Positions 26,747 to 32,000 of a stretch of 32,000 bases of DNA are shown here, piece after piece. A model generated the notes under the pieces. That model was given only the letters and a program-made list of their open reading frames with translations. It was not told the origin of the DNA and searched no databases. The DNA comes from Taishania pollutisoli (lineage in GTDB: Bacteria; Bacteroidota; Bacteroidia; Flavobacteriales_D; Crocinitomicaceae): NCBI RefSeq assembly GCF_014518315.1, contig NZ_JACVEL010000008.1, positions 48,016-80,015 of the forward strand, given 5' to 3'. The position numbers and the translations under genes are program-made. How positions within the stretch are numbered: position 1 is the first letter of the stretch; every line of letters starts with the position of its first letter.

Positions 26747-27667
26747 TTAATCGATTGAAAAATAATCCGTCGATTGATAGATTCCGGTTTCTTGTTTTAC
26801 AATTTGCATCAATACATCATTCGCCAGGCTGCTGGCTCCGAAGCGAAACCATTCATTGGTAAGCCACTTTCCACCCAATGTTTCGTTGACCATAACCAGG
26901 TTATGTAACGCCAATTTTGCATTGGAAATACCTCCGGCAGGTTTCATACCGATCATGATTCCTGTTTTATCGTAATAATCTTTGATGGCCATTAGCATGG
27001 TATAAGTTACCTGCATTGTAGCAGCCGGTTGGATTTTTCCTGTTGATGTTTTAATAAAATCAGCACCTGCATAAATGGCAATATCACTTGCCTTGCGCAC
27101 ATTATCCAACGTGACAAGTTCACCTGTTTCCAAAATTACTTTCAGTCGTGATTTTCCACATGCTTCTTTAATCGCAGCAATTTCATCAAACACGAAATTG
27201 TACTCGCCCGACAGAAATTTTCCGCGGGAAATAACCATGTCGATTTCATCCGCTCCGTTATCCAATGCCAGCTTCGTATCTGTCAGTTTGATATTCAAAT
27301 CCGCCTGACCAGAGGGAAATGCAGTTGACACAGATGCAATTTTAACCTCCGGATTTCGCAGAGATTCTCTTGCTACTTTCACCATTGACGGATACACACA
27401 AACAGCGGCAACTGTTGGTAATCCGGGATGTGAATCGTGAAGATGTTCTGCTTTGTAACACATCTGGCGTACTTTATTGGGGGTATCCTTTCCCTCCAAT
27501 GTTGTGAGATCAATCATATTGAGCGCCAACTTCAATCCTTGTAATTTAGACGCCCCTTTGAGACTGCGTGTCTGGAAACGCGCAACCCGCTCTTCCACTC
27601 CTACTTTATCCACTTTGGGTGATTGAGAAAAATCGATGGGTTCAGTTTTATTTACGGTACTTCTCAT
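26747..27667 (-). CDS. deoC: deoxyribose-phosphate aldolase (long form)
   Basis: Class I aldolase TIM barrel with the Schiff-base lysine motif ADFIKTSTGK and GMKPAGGI. The 306-aa long-form N-terminus is present. Confidence 0.88.
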   Translation of the reverse strand: MRSTVNKTEPIDFSQSPKVDKVGVEERVARFQTRSLKGASKLQGLKLALNMIDLTTLEGKDTPNKVRQMCYKAEHLHDSHPGLPTVAAVCVYPSMVKVARESLRNPEVKIASVSTAFPSGQADLNIKLTDTKLALDNGADEIDMVISRGKFLSGEYNFVFDEIAAIKEACGKSRLKVILETGELVTLDNVRKASDIAIYAGADFIKTSTGKIQPAATMQVTYTMLMAIKDYYDKTGIMIGMKPAGGISNAKLALHNLVMVNETLGGKWLTNEWFRFGASSLANDVLMQIVKQETGIYQSTDYFSID

Positions 27668-27802
27668 TCCGTTGATTAATTTTTGATAAAGATATATTTT
27701 TTTGGCAGAACCGCAATCATCATAGACGCAGAAAGGAAACAGGGGTATGTATTCGATCAGAATGAACGTTGAAAACAGTTAATTGTACAGGTAGGTATAA
27801 TC

Positions 27803-27860
27803 ATATCGTAATATCGTAATATCGTAATATCGTAATATCGTAATATCGTAATATCGTAAT
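27803..27860. repeat. perfect octanucleotide tandem repeat (ATATCGTA)x7 plus AT
   Basis: Counted directly: seven identical 8-nt units at 27803..27858, then AT. It lies in the divergent intergenic region between deoC (start 27667, minus) and the 27933 gene (plus). Confidence 0.95.
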
Positions 27861-27932
27861 AAAAGTATTCCTGATTTATGGAATTTTAATGATTATTCAT
27901 CTTATCAGAATGCAACACTTAAAGACGCAACC

Positions 27933-28658
27933 ATGAAAAAGAACAGAGTTACCTATATTCTTGATGTCCCGAAGCCGTGTCATGAAAACTGGAACACAAT
28001 GACACCAGATGACAAAGGAAGATTTTGTGCGCAATGCTCCAAAACCGTCATTGACTTTACCCGGATGAATGATCATCAAATTGTTCAGTTACTGGAAAAC
28101 TCTGATTCAAGAGTTTGTGGTCATGTAACGACAGATCAATTAAACAGAACGATCAGTTCAAACGAGCCGATTTTTCAACGAACATTTTACCCGCTCCCTC
28201 AATTATTATCCGGATTGTTGCTTTTAGGGTTACCTTCCTGCGATTTTGCGCAACAACAAATACCAGAACCAAAGCAACCACACCTCCTATTGGGAAAAGT
28301 CGTCCAACATCCGGAATACATAGAATCAAACAACAAAATAAAAGGGACAATAATTGATTCATTAACTTCCGAAGTGCTTCCAAACATCAAACTTCGGCTT
28401 TTTAATGATACTGTGATCATCGCTTCTACATATACGGACATTGATGGTAACTTTAACCTGGAGCTCCCCTCTGGAACACATGAAGATCTCCGGTTAGTTA
28501 TTCTTTCTCCTTACAATGAATACCCAGAGAAAATAATTCCCGTCAACAAGGCAATTGATGTGCCATGGGATAAAAAAATATACCTCACCCCCAGACCTGT
28601 TACACTGGAAGGTGAGGTAATTTATACAAAGCAGCCGAACGGAAAACGGAAAAAATAA
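27933..28658 (+). CDS. single-pass membrane protein: N-terminal Cys/His zinc-ribbon-like motif plus CarboxypepD_reg-like domain
   Basis: C16-H17...C32-x2-C35 (PCHENWNTM...RFCAQCSKTVIDFT). One hydrophobic segment (LPQLLSGLLLLGLPS). Then GTIIDSLTSEVLPNIKLRLF...TDIDGNFNLELP, typical of the carboxypeptidase regulatory-like fold. Confidence 0.6.
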   Translation: MKKNRVTYILDVPKPCHENWNTMTPDDKGRFCAQCSKTVIDFTRMNDHQIVQLLENSDSRVCGHVTTDQLNRTISSNEPIFQRTFYPLPQLLSGLLLLGLPSCDFAQQQIPEPKQPHLLLGKVVQHPEYIESNNKIKGTIIDSLTSEVLPNIKLRLFNDTVIIASTYTDIDGNFNLELPSGTHEDLRLVILSPYNEYPEKIIPVNKAIDVPWDKKIYLTPRPVTLEGEVIYTKQPNGKRKK

Positions 28659-28679
28659 ACAGGCAAATAAGTATTGTGT

Positions 28680-29150
28680 TTATTCGCCAAAACCTAAACC
28701 GTAATGGATGTAATAAGTAATTAGTGACGTATCCCCGCCTAATTTTAAGATACATCCTGATGAGGACCCGAAACTCCCACAAGGATTTATACCATAGTAT
28801 TCCTGATAGATAGCACCAGATGCAGGAATTGTATATGTCAGCACATGACTCCCAACGTTAAATATTAACTTTTTTGCTCCCACAACAACCCCTCGCCCAT
28901 CTGGAATTGTTACGCTTAAATTTTTAGTTTCATTGTAAGTAATATTATATGTAGGGCTTACAACAGTATATCCGGATCCTCCAGAAGTATAGTCAACTGC
29001 TAATGTTACTGTTACACACGTCTCCGTAGGAGATGCACCGTCAATATTTTTGACCGGGTAGCTTATTACCGTTTGTCCGTATGATATGGAAGTCATTGTG
29101 AGTAAAAAGAACATCCATCCAAAGGCTTTGTTTTTTAAGAATTGTTTCAT
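28680..29150 (-). CDS. hypothetical small secreted protein
   Basis: 156-aa ORF with a signal peptide (FGWMFFLLTMTSISYGQ), preceded by an exact -7 box at 29180..29187. I recognise no family. Confidence 0.55.
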   Translation of the reverse strand: MKQFLKNKAFGWMFFLLTMTSISYGQTVISYPVKNIDGASPTETCVTVTLAVDYTSGGSGYTVVSPTYNITYNETKNLSVTIPDGRGVVVGAKKLIFNVGSHVLTYTIPASGAIYQEYYGINPCGSFGSSSGCILKLGGDTSLITYYIHYGLGFGE

Positions 29151-29179
29151 AATACAACTATTTTAAAAATGAATATGTC

Positions 29180-29187
29180 CAAAATTA
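29180..29187 (-). promoter_or_regulatory. -7 box (TAnnTTTG) upstream of the 28680..29150 gene
   Basis: The plus strand reads CAAAATTA, which is TAATTTTG on the minus strand, 29 nt before the start at 29150. Confidence 0.45.
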
Positions 29188-29324
29188 TGGATTGTGTAGC
29201 ATTTGATCAATCCAGATTGTATAAGCGATTGTGTTTTGTGTATAGGTGTTCCTTTATTTTGTATAAAATGAACATACAGTTGCAAGTCCATCGAATCATC
29301 TGATTTCGAAATGCTATTCCCAAT

Positions 29325-29356
29325 AAAAAAAGCCTTCCGATTTCTCAGAAGGCTTT
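29325..29356 (-). terminator. rho-independent terminator downstream of the MORN-repeat gene
   Basis: Stem AAAGCCTTC (29329..29337) / GAAGGCTTT (29348..29356) with a 10-nt loop. On the minus strand it is followed by T7 (complement of A7 at 25..31 of this decade, 29325..29331). It lies 26 nt after the stop at 29382. Confidence 0.8.
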
Positions 29357-29381
29357 CCGTTTTTTTATATTCTGTTCGTAT

Positions 29382-30266
29382 TTAATTCAACTGTCCGTCA
29401 GAATGATAGACACCAGCCTTGAACACACGTACTTTCAGTAAAATTCCGTCGCGGTCGTATTCATATACTTTACCGTCGTGCAAACGTCCGTTCTTGAACT
29501 CTCCGTCTTGCCAAATTTCCTGATTGGCATTGTATACTTTGTTGTATCCGTTAGGTAAAAATTTAGCTCCTTTCGTATTCGGAGTTCCAACCGTAGGTGC
29601 CTGTTCTTTTGAAGCAGAAGGATCTTTTACTTTCACCGCAGGATTCACCATTTCTCGTTTTTCGGAGTTGACCATTTGTCCGCCATCGCCAAATTGCAGT
29701 ACTTCCTTTGTATCCCCATTCTCGTAGTACCTCACTGCTTTTCCTCTTGGAGAACCGTTTTCGGCCGTATATTCAAATTCTAACTGACCGTTGGGGTAAT
29801 AGTACTTGATTTTTCCTTCCTCATTTCCCTGCTCATTGTAAAACCCCTGGTAAGCCAGCGATCCGTCTGCATTATAACGGGTGAGTGAATCGATGAACTT
29901 CCCTTTTGTAAAGTTCCCTTTCTCAATTACAACTCCTTTCGGACTCAACTTAACGTATTCTCCTTCAGGCCTGTTGTTTTTGTATTCTCCTTTTAATTTA
30001 GGAGTAATACCGTCATTATAGTATTTAATCCAGGTTCCTTCTTTCCGGTCATCTTTATAATTACCTTCCTCGACTTTTCCTTCTACAGGAAACCCTTCAT
30101 TTGGTCTGTCTTTACCGAAAAATATCCACTTGCCTTGCTTCCGTCCCTCACTATCTTTTTGGTTGGTTTTACCATCCTGCTCATTTAAGACTCCTGAGAA
30201 AGACAATCCGCTATACAAGATTCCCGATAAAGTTAGTATAAGTATGCTTCGTAGTTCCATAGACAT
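29382..30266 (-). CDS. MORN-variant repeat protein (YwqK-like)
   Basis: Signal peptide, then repeated G.W..YY.NG....G.Y.....G units (GTWIKYYNDGITPKLKGEYKNNRPEGEY, GKIKYYYPNGQLEFEYT, GKAVRYYENGD). Confidence 0.75.
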   Translation of the reverse strand: MSMELRSILILTLSGILYSGLSFSGVLNEQDGKTNQKDSEGRKQGKWIFFGKDRPNEGFPVEGKVEEGNYKDDRKEGTWIKYYNDGITPKLKGEYKNNRPEGEYVKLSPKGVVIEKGNFTKGKFIDSLTRYNADGSLAYQGFYNEQGNEEGKIKYYYPNGQLEFEYTAENGSPRGKAVRYYENGDTKEVLQFGDGGQMVNSEKREMVNPAVKVKDPSASKEQAPTVGTPNTKGAKFLPNGYNKVYNANQEIWQDGEFKNGRLHDGKVYEYDRDGILLKVRVFKAGVYHSDGQLN

Positions 30267-30380
30267 TTGTTTTTAATATAAAAACGCATTGCTTTCTAAT
30301 CTAAAGATACGGATTAATTTTATCTCCGGATTTCTTTTCTGACCACTTTTCGATAAAAATGTTATTTTTTTCGATTAAAA

Positions 30381-31331
30381 TCAGTCTATTTTTGTAATAT
30401 CCACATTTTCAAGCATCACTGTAACCAATTCTTCTACAGCGTATTTTTCGTTCCATCCCCAATCCTGACGCGCCTGTGTGTCGTCGATTGAATCCGGCCA
30501 GGTATCTGCGATCGCCTGACGAAAATCGGGTTGATAGGAGATAGAGAAACCGGGCAAATGCTTTTTGATTTCCGTCGTCAGTTCTGCAGGAGTAAATGAG
30601 CAACCTGCAATATTGTATGCTGACCGCACTTTAATCTTTTCAGCAGGCGCATCCATCAGTTCAAGTGTTGCACGAATGGCGTCATCCATGTACATCATCG
30701 GAAGTCTGGTATCCTCCGAAAGAAAACAATCGTACGTACCACGTTTTTTTGCCTGGTAAAAAATATCAACCGCGTAATCCGTCGTTCCTCCTCCCGGCAG
30801 CGAAGTGTAGGAAATCAGTCCCGGATAGCGAATACTTCTCACATCCACTCCGAATTTGTTAAAGTAGTATTCACACCAACGCTCTCCCGTCTGCTTAGAA
30901 ATTCCATACACTGTAGACGGTTCCATCACGGTGTATTGCGGTGTCATGGACTTGGGAGTTGTCGGCCCGAAAACAGCAATGGAGCTTGGCCAAAAAATCT
31001 TCTTCAGGCACCCTTCTTTTCCTAAATCCAAAATGGTAAATAAACTTTCCATGTTCAGCTTCCATGCGAAGTCAGGATTTTTTTCGGCTGTCGCAGACAA
31101 CAATGCCGCCAGTAAGTATACTTCAGACACTCCGTTCTCTATGATATAATTTCTGACCAACGCCCGATCCAATACATCCATCTGAACATACGGACCATCT
31201 GCAAGTGCTTCCGAAGGATGTTCTTTGATATCCGCAGCAACGACAGTGTCGCTTCCTTTCTTTTGACGCAGCGCAAGAACCAATTCCGTTCCTATTTGTC
31301 CTCCTGCTCCGATTACAAGTGTTTTAGACAT
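30381..31331 (-). CDS. tdh: NAD-dependent epimerase/dehydratase-fold enzyme, probably SDR-type L-threonine 3-dehydrogenase
   Basis: Rossmann motif LVIGAGGQIGTEL, catalytic YGISK. The ~316-aa size and overall pattern resemble the UDP-glucose-epimerase-like threonine dehydrogenases. No kbl partner is in the window. Confidence 0.6.
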   Translation of the reverse strand: MSKTLVIGAGGQIGTELVLALRQKKGSDTVVAADIKEHPSEALADGPYVQMDVLDRALVRNYIIENGVSEVYLLAALLSATAEKNPDFAWKLNMESLFTILDLGKEGCLKKIFWPSSIAVFGPTTPKSMTPQYTVMEPSTVYGISKQTGERWCEYYFNKFGVDVRSIRYPGLISYTSLPGGGTTDYAVDIFYQAKKRGTYDCFLSEDTRLPMMYMDDAIRATLELMDAPAEKIKVRSAYNIAGCSFTPAELTTEIKKHLPGFSISYQPDFRQAIADTWPDSIDDTQARQDWGWNEKYAVEELVTVMLENVDITKID

Positions 31332-31453
31332 ATTTTCGATTTATTAGCTACTTATTACAAGGGGCGAATTTACAATTTTTAAAACAGGAAATCCTACCTT
31401 CCGACAGATAAAATTTTATTCCCTCGTTTTCAGTTCAACCCATGATAATTGAG

Positions 31454-31461
31454 TAATTTTG
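31454..31461 (+). promoter_or_regulatory. -7 box (TAnnTTTG) upstream of the MFS transporter gene
   Basis: Exact TAATTTTG, 7 nt before the ATG at 31469. It overlaps a solo copy of the TGATAATTNAGTAATT repeat unit. Confidence 0.4.
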
Positions 31462-31468
31462 TACCATC

Positions 31469-32000
31469 ATGTTCAGAGGGTATAGCAGGAATTTTTGGTT
31501 GTTGTCGGTGGGGGTACTATTTTTTATGACGAGTTTCAACTTACTCATTCCCGAACTGAACACCATGATGGAACGACTTGGCGCAGGAGATAAAAAAGGA
31601 CTTGTGTTTATCTTTTTTTCTATCACAGCAGCTATTTCACGACCTATTTCAGGAAAATTATCGGATACCATCGGTAGAAAAAAGGTGATGTACATCGGAA
31701 TTCTAATCGGAGCAATCACTTGTATTTTATACCCTTATATAGAAAGTATTCTATTGTTTCTTCTCTTGAGACTTGCACACGGTTTCAGTGCAGGGGTTCA
31801 TCCGACCGGAGCAACAGCAATGGTAACCGATCTGCTGCCTCCCAACAAACGGGGACAAGGGATGGGTATATGGGGAGTATTTGTCTCTGTCGGTTTCGGT
31901 TTCGGACAAATGATTTCTGCTGTGGTTATCAATCATCTCGGATATAACGCCTTATTTATTGTCGCATCAAGTTTTGCAGTCGTTTCAGGAATTTTACTGA
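31469..32000 (+). CDS. MFS transporter (5' part, runs off the window)
   Basis: Not in the ORF track because no stop is reached. My own translation from ATG 31469 is MFRGYSRNFWLLSVGVLFFMTSFNLLIPE...GKLSDTIGRKKVMYIGILIG...LRLAHGFSAGVHPTGATAMVTDLLPPNKRGQGMGIWG..., which contains the MFS motif A (G-x-L-S-D-x-x-GRK). An in-frame TAA lies at 31454. Confidence 0.8.
   Translation, partial: MFRGYSRNFWLLSVGVLFFMTSFNLLIPELNTMMERLGAGDKKGLVFIFFSITAAISRPISGKLSDTIGRKKVMYIGILIGAITCILYPYIESILLFLLLRLAHGFSAGVHPTGATAMVTDLLPPNKRGQGMGIWGVFVSVGFGFGQMISAVVINHLGYNALFIVASSFAVVSGILL

Noticed and set aside
29169-29303. A 44-codon plus-strand ORF (MNMSKIMDCVAFDQSRLYKRLCFVYRCS...) in the 230-nt gap between two minus-strand genes, ending just before the hairpin terminator.
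   Set aside because: It is short, sits in AT-rich DNA where such ORFs arise by chance, and has no -7 box upstream. It overlaps the likely promoter (29180..29187) of the 28680..29150 gene. It cannot be supported from sequence alone.
31435-31947. Track ORFs 31435..31719 (-), 31720..31947 (+) and 31751..31936 (-).
   Set aside because: A different plus-strand frame starting at 31469 reads through to the window end and translates into a clear MFS transporter N-terminus with motif A. The three track ORFs are out-of-frame or antisense artefacts.

Overview
This looks like an ordinary chromosomal stretch of a Bacteroidota (Flavobacteriia-like) genome. Two proteins end in type IX secretion (T9SS) C-terminal sorting domains. 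Several genes are preceded by exact TAnnTTTG -7 promoter boxes, and no obvious Shine-Dalgarno sequences are present. I call 32 protein-coding genes. One of them, an MFS transporter at 31469..32000, runs off the window and is missing from the ORF track. Most are housekeeping: gcvT, purA, htpG, radC, pcm, cyclophilin, AMP nucleosidase, a GH3 NagZ-like enzyme, deoC with an aldehyde dehydrogenase (ALDH), and an SDR-type threonine dehydrogenase. I saw no rRNA, tRNA, CRISPR array, transposase, integrase or recognisable defence gene. The one clearly accessory structure is at 24.5-25.3 kb. There, an AT-rich four-helix-bundle (4HB) gene of the 23S rRNA intervening-sequence (IVS) / Avd family sits between two ALDH genes of a deoC operon. 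It is bracketed by two homologous ~170-nt blocks built from direct AATTATCAA copies followed by inverted TTGATAATT copies. The right arms form a 53-nt direct repeat exactly 590 nt apart. This hairpin-ORF-hairpin cassette is my best candidate for something undescribed. Secondary observations: the downstream ALDH-like gene lacks the whole catalytic domain; a perfect (ATATCGTA)x7 tandem repeat lies in the divergent promoter region upstream of deoC; a solo copy of the repeat unit overlaps the MFS promoter; and a terminator-like hairpin lies in the htpG leader. All functional calls rest on my reading of the translations and motifs. No database search was run.
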